A stretch of 64,000 nt of DNA, from positions 90,159 to 154,158 of the IMG/VR virus record IMGVR_UViG_2917802685_000001; one strand, 5' to 3'. The notes under the pieces were generated by a model. The model had not been told where the DNA came from. It made no database searches and saw only the letters and a list, made by a program, of their open reading frames with translations. Position 1 is the first letter of the stretch. Each line of letters opens with the position of its first letter. The stretch comes from a virus. Taxonomy: Duplodnaviria > Caudoviricetes. Shown here piece by piece: positions 28,950-37,932 of this stretch. Position numbers and translations under genes: made by a program.

Positions 28950-29042
28950 TCTTTGCGTTTCGTCGCCGGTTTTCTCCGGTCTGGCAGTGGTTGTCAGTGG
29001 CCGCCACCACAATGCAAACACCGCCAGCGTAAGGAGAACACC

Positions 29043-30779
29043 ATGAGGCGAAAGTCGCTTCAGCCTTGGCCGGAGACGGTCTGGTACACCAGCGGCCGAG
29101 TGAAGAACTCCAGCTCTCTGCGGGCGATCCGCCAGCGCCTGCAGCAGGAGCCGTTCCAGCACTGGCGGGAGTTCACCCCCTCCGACGACCCGAAGTGGTG
29201 GTGGGGGTTCGACGCCTCCTGGCGTACCGAGGACGGCGACCGCATCAAGGCCAGGCTGGAACTGCAGCCGGACCTGACGGCAGCCTCCATCCTGAATCTG
29301 TCCAAGAAGAAGCTGGACACCAGCGACGTCAACATCGAGTTCTGCTGGAGGCTGACGGCCGAGGCCGACAGTCCCTGGCGCCTGGACTGGCAGTCGCCGA
29401 TGACCATGTTCGGCGATGTCCGCCCGTACGACTGGGTCTCCGGCCGCATGCCGCTGGTCGACTACACCTACGCCAAGGAAGTGACCCCCCAGGAGTGCAG
29501 TCAGATGTTCTCCGCCATGTCGGCGGCCTCCTGGTACATCACCGTCATCACCCACGACAAGACGCCGATCGACAAGGTGGTGCCCGAGGCGGAACCCACG
29601 CTCGGCACCTACCTGCCTCCTTCCCTGCGGGGGCGGGTGGTGGAGGTGCGCGTCTTCGGGGATCAGGACCAGATCGTCAACGCCCACGAAGTGCTGCCGG
29701 AGAGCAGGCTGCGGCTGAAGTGGGGCGGGGCGCTGATCCTGCCGACGAACCCGCGCCAGGAGGAGTGGTGCTGGGCCGACTACTCCGTCCGGCGGCCGTC
29801 CGGCGGGAACATGGAGCAGCTGCTGAAGGAGACGGCCGAGGCCGTCACCCGGTACGCCGCGCTCCGGCCGCACTACGGCGGCGCGACCCGCTGGTGCGTG
29901 AAGGACCTGCGCGAGACGTGGATGTTGCCGGAGATCCAGGTGGCACCCAAGCGGATACTGCAGGAGAAGGACCAGGCCGTCGAGCGTACCCGTGAGCTGG
30001 AGCAGGCGCTGGTCGACCTGCAGGGCGTCGTGGACGACGAGCGGAAGATGGCCGAGCGGGCGAGGAAGGCCCGGGACGACGCCGAGAGCAGGCTGCAGGA
30101 GCTGCGCGCACAGCCGCTGGCCCAGCAGGCGAGGGAGGCCGAGCGGCAGGCCCAGGAGGCGTGGGCGGCCAGCGAGGTGTCCGACGGCGAGGTGGAGCGG
30201 CTCACCGGCGAGGTGGGGTGGCTTCGCCGTCAGCTGGCGCAGGTGCCGGGCCGGGCGTACGGGGAGCCGGTGCCGGAGCCCGCGAAGGGGCCGGAGAGCT
30301 GGCAGGAGCTGCTGGAGCTGGCGCCCGAGCTGCTGGAGCATGTGCAGGTCCTCGACAGCGTGCGGGCTCCGCTGCAGAAGCTGTACGGGCACGCGTCGTC
30401 GGGGTCGTGGCTGCGGCGGACGTGGGACACGCTGGAGGCGTTGAATGCCTACGTCGCGGCCAAGAAGGAGCACGGTTCGCAGGTGCTGCCGCACTTCGCC
30501 ACGTACCTGGAGTGGCCGCAGGCGACCGACCTCATCCCCCGGACCTGGTTCCGTCCCTCCGAGGTGAGTCTGGAGCGCACCGGGAGCAGCTGGAAGCAGA
30601 CCCGGATGTTCGAAGTGCCGGGCCTGGGCGAGGTGTTCATGGGGCTCCACGTCCGGATCGGACAGGGCAGCGGCGGACTGGCGCCCCGGATGCACTTCTA
30701 CGACGACACCTGCGGACCGACCGAGAAGGTCCACGTCGGCTACATCGGCCCGCACCTTCCGAACTGGAAGGGCCGCTGA
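29043..30779 (+). CDS. Coiled-coil protein with C-terminal RelE/ParE-like (putative RNase) domain
   Basis: Long heptad region; C-terminal HVRIG...PRMHFYDD...KVHVGYIGPHL. Confidence 0.6.
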   Translation: MRRKSLQPWPETVWYTSGRVKNSSSLRAIRQRLQQEPFQHWREFTPSDDPKWWWGFDASWRTEDGDRIKARLELQPDLTAASILNLSKKKLDTSDVNIEFCWRLTAEADSPWRLDWQSPMTMFGDVRPYDWVSGRMPLVDYTYAKEVTPQECSQMFSAMSAASWYITVITHDKTPIDKVVPEAEPTLGTYLPPSLRGRVVEVRVFGDQDQIVNAHEVLPESRLRLKWGGALILPTNPRQEEWCWADYSVRRPSGGNMEQLLKETAEAVTRYAALRPHYGGATRWCVKDLRETWMLPEIQVAPKRILQEKDQAVERTRELEQALVDLQGVVDDERKMAERARKARDDAESRLQELRAQPLAQQAREAERQAQEAWAASEVSDGEVERLTGEVGWLRRQLAQVPGRAYGEPVPEPAKGPESWQELLELAPELLEHVQVLDSVRAPLQKLYGHASSGSWLRRTWDTLEALNAYVAAKKEHGSQVLPHFATYLEWPQATDLIPRTWFRPSEVSLERTGSSWKQTRMFEVPGLGEVFMGLHVRIGQGSGGLAPRMHFYDDTCGPTEKVHVGYIGPHLPNWKGR

Positions 30780-30794
30780 TCTAGTCCCCTCTTC

Positions 30795-30830
30795 CTGTCT
30801 CACCCCTCCCTCGGCCCCCTCAAGGGGCGG
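30795..30830 (+). promoter_or_regulatory. Late-type promoter motif
   Basis: CTGTC-N22-AAGGGGCGG. Confidence 0.65.
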
Positions 30831-30847
30831 AAGGAGGGGTGATTCGT

Positions 30848-33010
30848 ATGTACGACGCTCGACACGACGCGCCGGACGACCTGTGGACGGACGAGTCCTG
30901 GGCCGCCGAGGAGTCCACGCGTGAGCCGATGCGTCCTCATGCGCGCGGCCAGCGCCGCAACCCCTCCCGCGAAGACCGTTCCGTACGTCGCCGGATGCGC
31001 CGCGCGGGCGCGCAGGAGGAGAACAGCATGCCCAGCCCTGACCGCTCCGAGCTGCTGCAGCGGATCGAGCGTGCCGCATCGTTCGACGAACAGCTCAAGC
31101 TCGTCGCCCAGCTCCACGATTTCGACCGTGCCGCGCAGCGCACCGCCGCGCTGGACCGCGAGGCGGACCTGGCCGACACCTCGATCCGAGAGAGGTTCAC
31201 CCCGGTCGTCTCCGCCGTCGCGCGCGGTACCAGCGCGTCCGACTGGCTGGACACCGAGGTCACCGACACGCCGTTCGACCACGGCCAGCTCATCGCGCAG
31301 GCCGCGCTGTGGTTCGGCGGCGTGCCGGACTTCGTCAAGGCCGACCAGGAGGAGTTCGCCGAGCAGGCCGTCGGCAAGGCCCGCCAGGTCTCCGCGAGCC
31401 TCGGCGCGCAGTCCCAGACGGCCGAGGACATCTTCGTCGGCTACGCGACGTTCCTGCGCACCCAGGCCGTCACCGTCGAGGCCGCCTCGGGCGTGGACCA
31501 GATCCAGCAGACCACCGCGCCGGACGGCGTCACCAACAAGCCGACCCCGCTGCCCCCGGACGTGTTCGACAACTTCGCGCCGCCGGTCGCCGACATCAAC
31601 ACCGCCGTCTCCGGCACGGAGACCTCCAGCGCGGCCCCGGCGATCCAGATGTCCCAGCAGGGCGGAAACTCCAGCCCCGAGGTGCCCGGCGGCCACGACA
31701 GCAGCGGCCAGCTGACCGGCCCCGGCGCGGAGCCGTCCCTGTCCGGCGGTGGCGGCAGCTCCTCGCCGGAGCGCGCGGGCGGCCACTCCATCTCCGGGGA
31801 CCTCCCGGCGCAGGGCGGGCCGACCAACGCCACTCCGCAGGCCGAACCGGCGCAGGAGGAGACCGAGCAGACCCAGGAGGCCGGTGACGTCTCCCAGCGC
31901 CCGAAGACGGCCGCGTCCGGCCTGGAGCAGGTCCAGCAGTCGGTCGACGTCCACGACCAAGACCACTCCACGCCGCTGCCGACCACCGTGGCGTTCCCCT
32001 GGACTCTGGACGAGGGCGGCGAGGCCCACGGGATGACCGGCGACGCCCAGTACGACCAGGGCGGGCAGGTCTCCTCCGGCCACCAGGCGCACGCCCGGCG
32101 CGTGCAGGCCGACACCTACACCGCGCCTCCGCAGATCATCGAGCCGAACATCGCCAACTCCCCGGCCTCCACGCCGCCGCGCAACGTCGGCCAGGCCGGG
32201 AATGGCGCGGCCGACGCCAAGAACCCCGACGCGAAGCCGTCGTTCGGCGACGCGCACGCCGCGCCCCAGTACACCCAGGGCTACACCAGCACTGCCCCGG
32301 CCGCGCCCGCGCAGGACGTGCCGTACTCCATGGGCGGCGACAACGGCCAGAGCCTGCAGCACCCCGCGTTCGCCTCCCGCCGCGTCGCCTCCAAGCAGGA
32401 CATGCAGCACCCCGACTTCCAGAAGGGCTACAAGTACGCGGCCCGCTGGAAGGAGGGCACCCCGGTGGTCCGGCCCGGCTCTGCGGAGCTGGAGGCCGGT
32501 ATCTACGCCGGGTTCACCGACAACCCGCACTCGCGCGGTGCGTGGCTGTCCGCGCACGCGGCCCTGGCGTCCGTCGAGCCCTCCCTGGGCCGCCGGATCG
32601 CCCAGCACCGGGAGCTGACCCACAAGGTGGCCGCCGCGCAGGCCCTGCCCACCGACGGCACCTACCTGCAGGTCGAGGCCGCGACCGGGATCGACCTGGA
32701 CACCACCAACCCGTCCACCTCGCCGTCGCCGTCCGGCGACACCCCGATCAACGGCCCCGGCAAGCCCGGCCCGCTCGCGGGAGGCATGGACGCAGCCGCC
32801 CCGGCCGGTGCCGCCCCCTACAACGGGGCCGAGCCGATGGGCCAGCCGGTCGTGCCGTCCTCGGCGGCCGTGCCGCAGGGCCAGCCGGTGACCATCCCCG
32901 ACAGCGGCATGGCGTCCGCGTACAACTCCGGCTCCGGCCTGTCCCCGACGGCGTCCGCGTTCCGCCGCCGCGTGCAGGCGGGCCTCCTCGCTGAGAAGAA
33001 GGGCGCCTGA
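30848..33010 (+). CDS. Putative internal head/core protein, low complexity (alternative start 31028)
   Basis: First gene of late unit; internal repeats AASG(V/L)(D/E)Q(I/V)QQ; many x-x-A motifs. Confidence 0.75.
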   Translation: MYDARHDAPDDLWTDESWAAEESTREPMRPHARGQRRNPSREDRSVRRRMRRAGAQEENSMPSPDRSELLQRIERAASFDEQLKLVAQLHDFDRAAQRTAALDREADLADTSIRERFTPVVSAVARGTSASDWLDTEVTDTPFDHGQLIAQAALWFGGVPDFVKADQEEFAEQAVGKARQVSASLGAQSQTAEDIFVGYATFLRTQAVTVEAASGVDQIQQTTAPDGVTNKPTPLPPDVFDNFAPPVADINTAVSGTETSSAAPAIQMSQQGGNSSPEVPGGHDSSGQLTGPGAEPSLSGGGGSSSPERAGGHSISGDLPAQGGPTNATPQAEPAQEETEQTQEAGDVSQRPKTAASGLEQVQQSVDVHDQDHSTPLPTTVAFPWTLDEGGEAHGMTGDAQYDQGGQVSSGHQAHARRVQADTYTAPPQIIEPNIANSPASTPPRNVGQAGNGAADAKNPDAKPSFGDAHAAPQYTQGYTSTAPAAPAQDVPYSMGGDNGQSLQHPAFASRRVASKQDMQHPDFQKGYKYAARWKEGTPVVRPGSAELEAGIYAGFTDNPHSRGAWLSAHAALASVEPSLGRRIAQHRELTHKVAAAQALPTDGTYLQVEAATGIDLDTTNPSTSPSPSGDTPINGPGKPGPLAGGMDAAAPAGAAPYNGAEPMGQPVVPSSAAVPQGQPVTIPDSGMASAYNSGSGLSPTASAFRRRVQAGLLAEKKGA

Positions 33011-33012
33011 CC

Positions 33013-34275
33013 ATGGACATCGCATCCCTGATGTGGGACGAGACCGGCCGCGACCTCGACCACGAGCGTCGTGAGCTGGCCCGTACGGCCGCCCTGAACG
33101 ACGCCGAGCGCATGGTCGGCCAGTTCCTCTACCAGGCGTCCAACGACGTCGACCTGGTCAACCGGTTCGCGCTGGCCGACTCGCAGCTGCAGGCCGTGGC
33201 GTCCCTGCGCGGCTACCCGCTGCAGGACCTGACCGGCGACCTGACCGAGCGATGGCAGCTGCTGTCCCAGACGCGTACGGCGCACCGGCAGAAGGTGGCC
33301 GCGTCGGCGCAGAAGCTGAAGGCGACGACGGCCGCCGAGCAGGTCATGGACACGGTGGCGGCCCGCCTGGCCGCCGTGGCGGCGCGCCAGAACCCCGGCG
33401 TGCCGATGGTCGAGTGCCTGAAGCTGGCCACCGAGGCCGTCCGTGTGCACGCCGACGCCTACCCGCTGGCGTACGAGTCGTGGGGCGGCACGCACGACGG
33501 CCCGGTCTCCAACCGGGTCAAGAACTTCACCCCGGGCCAGCTGCCGAAGGCTCTTCCGGAGAGTGCCAGCGGCCCGGCGGCCGACCCGGGCGCCAACGGC
33601 GGCTCCGGCACCTTCGACGAGGTCAAGAAGCGTCTGGACGGCCTGGAAGAGGGCCTCGGTTCGGCTGCCTCCCTGGACCCGACTGTGGCCGGGTTCTACC
33701 AGCGGCTGAAGGACTGGTGGCACGGCGGCGAGGAGGCGCAGCACACCCCGGCGGCTCCGACCCACGCCCCGGCTCCGGCTCCCGCGCAGCGGGCCCCGTA
33801 CATGACCCCGAGCAACAACGCGGCCTCCGACCACGTCGATGACGCCGTCACGCGTCATCACGACGAGCAGGGGCGCCGCGAGTTCAACGACATCATGAAC
33901 CGGCTGAACGGCGACCAGGCCGAGATGAACCACAAGTGGGACACCCCGCGCGAGGACCGCTTCGAGAGCCCTGCGGAGACCAACCAGCGCACGAGGTACC
34001 TGCAGGACGCTCACGACCGGCGGACCACCGACATGGAGGGACGAGTGGACAGCCTCGGCGATTCGCTGACGCCGACCCCGCCGAGCACGCCTGCGGGCGG
34101 CTTCTCCCACTCCGAGCGCTCCCAGATCACCAACGTGCCGATGCACAACGCGGAGCCCGCCGACTTCTCCCACGTCGACACCGGCACCGGCGGCGGCCAG
34201 CAGGTGCTGCCGACCGACCCGGCCGAGCACGCCTTCTCCCACCGGGCCAGCCTCCAGCACAGCCTGTTCGAGTAG
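33013..34275 (+). CDS. Putative virion head protein
   Basis: TGACCATG coupling; position upstream of portal; ends QHSLFE. Confidence 0.7.
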   Translation: MDIASLMWDETGRDLDHERRELARTAALNDAERMVGQFLYQASNDVDLVNRFALADSQLQAVASLRGYPLQDLTGDLTERWQLLSQTRTAHRQKVAASAQKLKATTAAEQVMDTVAARLAAVAARQNPGVPMVECLKLATEAVRVHADAYPLAYESWGGTHDGPVSNRVKNFTPGQLPKALPESASGPAADPGANGGSGTFDEVKKRLDGLEEGLGSAASLDPTVAGFYQRLKDWWHGGEEAQHTPAAPTHAPAPAPAQRAPYMTPSNNAASDHVDDAVTRHHDEQGRREFNDIMNRLNGDQAEMNHKWDTPREDRFESPAETNQRTRYLQDAHDRRTTDMEGRVDSLGDSLTPTPPSTPAGGFSHSERSQITNVPMHNAEPADFSHVDTGTGGGQQVLPTDPAEHAFSHRASLQHSLFE

Positions 34276-34283
34276 GAGCAGCG

Positions 34284-34496
34284 ATGGACCCGAACCTCGC
34301 CTGGGGAGCCATCCTCGGCACCGCGTTCGCCTACGAGATGTACGGCGTCTTCAACGGCAAGTTGGGCGACACGCTCTCCGAGCGGGTTCGGGCCTGGTTC
34401 CACACCAGCACCCGGCCCGGCAAGGCGGCCTTCGTCATCGCCTGGCTGGGCCTGACGGCCTGGTTCATCCCGCACATCCTTTTCGGAGGTCAGTAG
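34284..34496 (+). CDS. Small two-TM membrane protein
   Basis: AGGAG RBS; AW..YE...DTLSERVR...WF..H pattern common in actinophages. Confidence 0.75.
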   Translation: MDPNLAWGAILGTAFAYEMYGVFNGKLGDTLSERVRAWFHTSTRPGKAAFVIAWLGLTAWFIPHILFGGQ

Positions 34497-34853
34497 GTGT
34501 TCATCTACCAGGCCACCGTGGAGAAGGTGGTGGACGGCGACACCCTGGACCTGCAGGTCGACCTGGGGTTCGGGGTGTTCACCCGGCAGCGGGTGCGCCT
34601 CCTCGGCATCAACGCCGCCGAGCACGGCACCGAACTCGGCGACAAGGCCACCGCTTTCGTCCGTGACTGGGTCCAGAAGCATGGGCCGGTGTTCACCGTC
34701 CGGACCCAGAAGGACAAGCGGGAGAAGTACGGCCGCTACCTCGCGACGGTCCTGTCCGGCACCGAGGACCTGGGCCAGGCGCTGATCGACGCCGGACTGG
34801 CTCTCCCGTACGACGGTACCGGCCCCCGGCCCGTGCCGGAGCCGGTACCGTAG
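34497..34853 (+). CDS. Thermonuclease (SNase-like)
   Basis: VVDGDT, RVRLLGINA.E, EKYGRYLA motifs. Confidence 0.9.
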   Translation: MFIYQATVEKVVDGDTLDLQVDLGFGVFTRQRVRLLGINAAEHGTELGDKATAFVRDWVQKHGPVFTVRTQKDKREKYGRYLATVLSGTEDLGQALIDAGLALPYDGTGPRPVPEPVP

Positions 34854-34948
34854 CCGAAGGCCCCATGGCCCACCGCCTGTCGCGATTCGACATCCACACG
34901 CGCGGGCACACTCGCCCCTCCCGGCCACGTTGCGGGAGGGGCGCTGTG

Positions 34949-34983
34949 CTGTCCGGGGCCGCCGGTCCACCTGTAGAGGGTGG
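34949..34983 (+). promoter_or_regulatory. Late-type promoter motif (variant)
   Basis: CTGTC-N21-AGAGGGTGG. Confidence 0.5.
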
Positions 34984-34994
34984 AGGTGAGCGGT

Positions 34995-35513
34995 ATGACG
35001 CTGCACACGGTGGTGGCGCACCAGTCCGGCGATGGGATCACCATCGCGCACTGCCCGTTCTGCGGTTCGGGGCAGGTCATCGGCCGCTCGGACGGCAACA
35101 CGGAGTGCTCGTTCTGCAATCAGTCGTTCCTGGTCAGGGTGCAGCCGATGTTCTCGGCGTTCCCTCAGTCGATCGACGGGATGCCGGTGCAGATTCCGGG
35201 GATGCCGCCTCCGACCATGCCCGGGATGCCGCCGGGCGGTGACCCCAACGACCCGAACGCCATGCCGCCCGGCGCCGAGGGCCCGCCTGGTGCGGACGCG
35301 GGAGGAGCGCCGCCGTTCGGCGGGGGAAGCGACTCAAGCGACTCAGGCTCGGACAGCGGCGGCTCGGACGGCTCCGGCTCCGATGACAAGGACTCCGGCG
35401 GCGGGCCGCCGTTCGGGAAGAAGGAGTCCGTCTACCGCGTCCCCGGCGGCCGGACGCTCGGGCGGTCCGCGTACGTCGACTACCTCGCCGGGCTCCTGGG
35501 AGGCCAGCAGTGA
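34995..35513 (+). CDS. Zn-ribbon protein with Pro-rich and acidic tail
   Basis: CPFCGSG...CSFC; GGAGGTGA RBS. Confidence 0.8.
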   Translation: MTLHTVVAHQSGDGITIAHCPFCGSGQVIGRSDGNTECSFCNQSFLVRVQPMFSAFPQSIDGMPVQIPGMPPPTMPGMPPGGDPNDPNAMPPGAEGPPGADAGGAPPFGGGSDSSDSGSDSGGSDGSGSDDKDSGGGPPFGKKESVYRVPGGRTLGRSAYVDYLAGLLGGQQ

Positions 35514-35695
35514 TCTCCCTGCGTGCCCTGGTGACGCTGGAAGTGGACGGCGTCGTCTACGTCACCGGTGAGGTGCTGGAGCTGCCTGAGGGCCAGGAAG
35601 CCCGTGCTGCCCAGCTGCAGTCATACGGGTACGCCGACGAGGCTCCGGCGGAACCGGTGAAGAAGACGCGGCGGAAGACGACCCCCGCCTCCTGA
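35510..35695 (+). CDS. Small virion-associated protein with basic tail
   Basis: GTGA overlap; ends PVKKTRRKTT. Confidence 0.7.
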   Translation: MISLRALVTLEVDGVVYVTGEVLELPEGQEARAAQLQSYGYADEAPAEPVKKTRRKTTPAS

Positions 35696-35701
35696 TCGGC
35701 C

Positions 35702-35736
35702 CTGTCTGTGGCGGCTCGCCCACCCCCAAGGGGTGA
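35702..35736 (+). promoter_or_regulatory. Late promoter motif
   Basis: CTGTC-N21-AAGGGGTGA. Confidence 0.8.
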
Positions 35737-35754
35737 GCCACCACAGGAGGATTC

Positions 35755-37932
35755 ATGGCAAGCCAGCGGGGCGGAGCCCAGCCGAACTACGACGGCGAGC
35801 AGTCACGGATCGATCGTCTGTTCCGTCGCTTCTCCTCGCGGCCGGGCGAGTCGGGCGAAGAGGCCGAGATGCGCGCCAACCGGCGCGTCGGCCGCCGGAA
35901 GACGGCAGCGGCGGGTTTCACCGGCGGCGGCGCGGGCGGTCCTTCGGTGGACTTCGCCACGGTCAGGCCGCGCGACCCGCTGTTCTACTGGCGGCAGAAC
36001 AACCTGCCGTTCCAGTTCGACGACCCGGCGCAGATGCAGAAGATGCGGGCGTACTGCCGACTTCTTTACATCTCGCATCCGCTGGTCGGCTCCTGCGTCG
36101 ACATCTACTCGAAGTACCCGCTGCTCGGGCTGAAGATGTCATGCAAGGACGAGCGGCTCACCGAGTTCTACACGGACCACTTCCTCTCCGAGGACGGCCT
36201 GGACTACCAGAAGTTCCTCGTCAGGATGGGCCGGGAGTACTGGACGACCGGTGAGGCGTGGCCGCTCGGCACCTTCAACGAGGACCTCGGCGTCTGGGAC
36301 GACGAGGAGCTGCTGAACCCCGACGACGTCGAGGTGCAGCCCTCCCCGTTCCTGCGCGAGCCCCGGTTCCTGATCCGGCTCCCGCAGAGCATGAAGGAGC
36401 TGATCCGCACCCGGCAGCCCGCCTGGGAGTACGAGAAGCTCATCACGGCGTACCCGGAGCTGACGTACTACTCCGACGACAACGCCCTCATGCCCGTCAG
36501 CAACATCCTGCTGCGGCAGATGAAGTTCGAGGCGGACACGTTCAACCCCCGGGGCATCCCGCTGCTGTACAGAGCGATGCGTTCGCTCATGCAGGAAGAG
36601 ATGCTGAACGCGGCCGTCGACTCGATCGCCGACCGGCTCTACACGCCGCTCATCCACGCCAAGCTCGGCGCGTCCGCGTCCGACCTCGGCACCAACGTGC
36701 CGTGGATTCCCACCATGGACGACCTCGCCGACTTCGAGGAGGCCGTGGACGCGGCCCTCGCGGGCGACTTCCGCATCATCATGACCCACTTCGCGGTCCA
36801 GATGGAGTCGGTGCTGGGCAAGGAGGACATCCCCGACCTGACCGGTGACTTCGACCGGATCGAGGGCCGGGTCCTGCAGACATTCGGCTTGAGCAAGACC
36901 ATGCTCGCCGGTGCCTCCTCCGGCGAGACGTACGCGGCCGACGCCCTCAACCGCGACCTGGTCACGCAGATGCTGACCAACTACCAGAACCTCATCGCCT
37001 CCCACTACCGCCAGCGGGCCCTCGTCGTCGCCGAGGCCCAGGAGCACTTCGACTACGAAGAGCGCAACGGCAAGCGGTACGTGAAGATGGAGGAGATCTA
37101 CGAGATCGACGAGGAGACCGGCGAGGGCCGGATCGTCGAGCAGCCCAAGCTCCTCATCCCTGACCTGCAGTTCAAGACGATGTCCCTGCAGGACGAGGCC
37201 GCGCAGAACGAGTTCTTCGAGGCCCTGCGCGAGGCCGGGGTCCCGATCTCGATGAAGACGCGCCTGCACAACGTCAACATCGACTTCGACGAGGAGATCG
37301 AGAAGTCCCGCGACGAAGCCGTCGACCTCGCGGTGGCCGAGCAGGAGTCCCGCAAGGCCATCTACGTCGCGCTCAAGGACAAGGGCCTGCCGATCCCGCA
37401 GGACCTGCGGGCCGACTTCGAGCCGCGTGCGCTGCCCGAGGACCAGGACATGATGCAGCCGCCGACGGCGCCGCTGCGTATCCCGATCCTCGGCATGGAC
37501 CCGATCAGCTCTCAGCCCACGCTCGCGCCGACCATGCAGGACCTGACCGCGATGCCCGCCGACGGCGGCGTGGCCCAGCCCGGCGGCGTGCCGGAGCCGG
37601 TCGACGCCGACCAGGGCGAGCAGCGGCCGGACGAGTCCGACGAGCAGCGCGAGGACATGCCCAAGCAGTCCTCGCTGATTCCGTACCCCCGGCCGCGCCT
37701 CGACGACTACACGGGTCTGTTCCAGAACCACGAGCGGATGAAGGCCCTGGCCGACGAGCACCAGCCCAAAGTCAAGGTGCCGGTCAAGCCGGTCACCGAG
37801 GACGACGCCGAGACTCCGGTCCCCGAGGCGATCGAGCGCAAGAAGGCCGTCGGCCTCTACCAGGGCCCGCGCCACCTCGGCATGCGCCGCCACATCACGG
37901 AGGCCGACATCAACATGGAGCTGCAGGTATGA
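35755..37932 (+). CDS. Portal protein
   Basis: Size and position; HPLVGSCVDIYSKYPL, GREYW..GEAW, RGIPLLYR, RLYTPL motifs recalled from Bxz1-like portals. Confidence 0.8.
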   Translation: MASQRGGAQPNYDGEQSRIDRLFRRFSSRPGESGEEAEMRANRRVGRRKTAAAGFTGGGAGGPSVDFATVRPRDPLFYWRQNNLPFQFDDPAQMQKMRAYCRLLYISHPLVGSCVDIYSKYPLLGLKMSCKDERLTEFYTDHFLSEDGLDYQKFLVRMGREYWTTGEAWPLGTFNEDLGVWDDEELLNPDDVEVQPSPFLREPRFLIRLPQSMKELIRTRQPAWEYEKLITAYPELTYYSDDNALMPVSNILLRQMKFEADTFNPRGIPLLYRAMRSLMQEEMLNAAVDSIADRLYTPLIHAKLGASASDLGTNVPWIPTMDDLADFEEAVDAALAGDFRIIMTHFAVQMESVLGKEDIPDLTGDFDRIEGRVLQTFGLSKTMLAGASSGETYAADALNRDLVTQMLTNYQNLIASHYRQRALVVAEAQEHFDYEERNGKRYVKMEEIYEIDEETGEGRIVEQPKLLIPDLQFKTMSLQDEAAQNEFFEALREAGVPISMKTRLHNVNIDFDEEIEKSRDEAVDLAVAEQESRKAIYVALKDKGLPIPQDLRADFEPRALPEDQDMMQPPTAPLRIPILGMDPISSQPTLAPTMQDLTAMPADGGVAQPGGVPEPVDADQGEQRPDESDEQREDMPKQSSLIPYPRPRLDDYTGLFQNHERMKALADEHQPKVKVPVKPVTEDDAETPVPEAIERKKAVGLYQGPRHLGMRRHITEADINMELQV

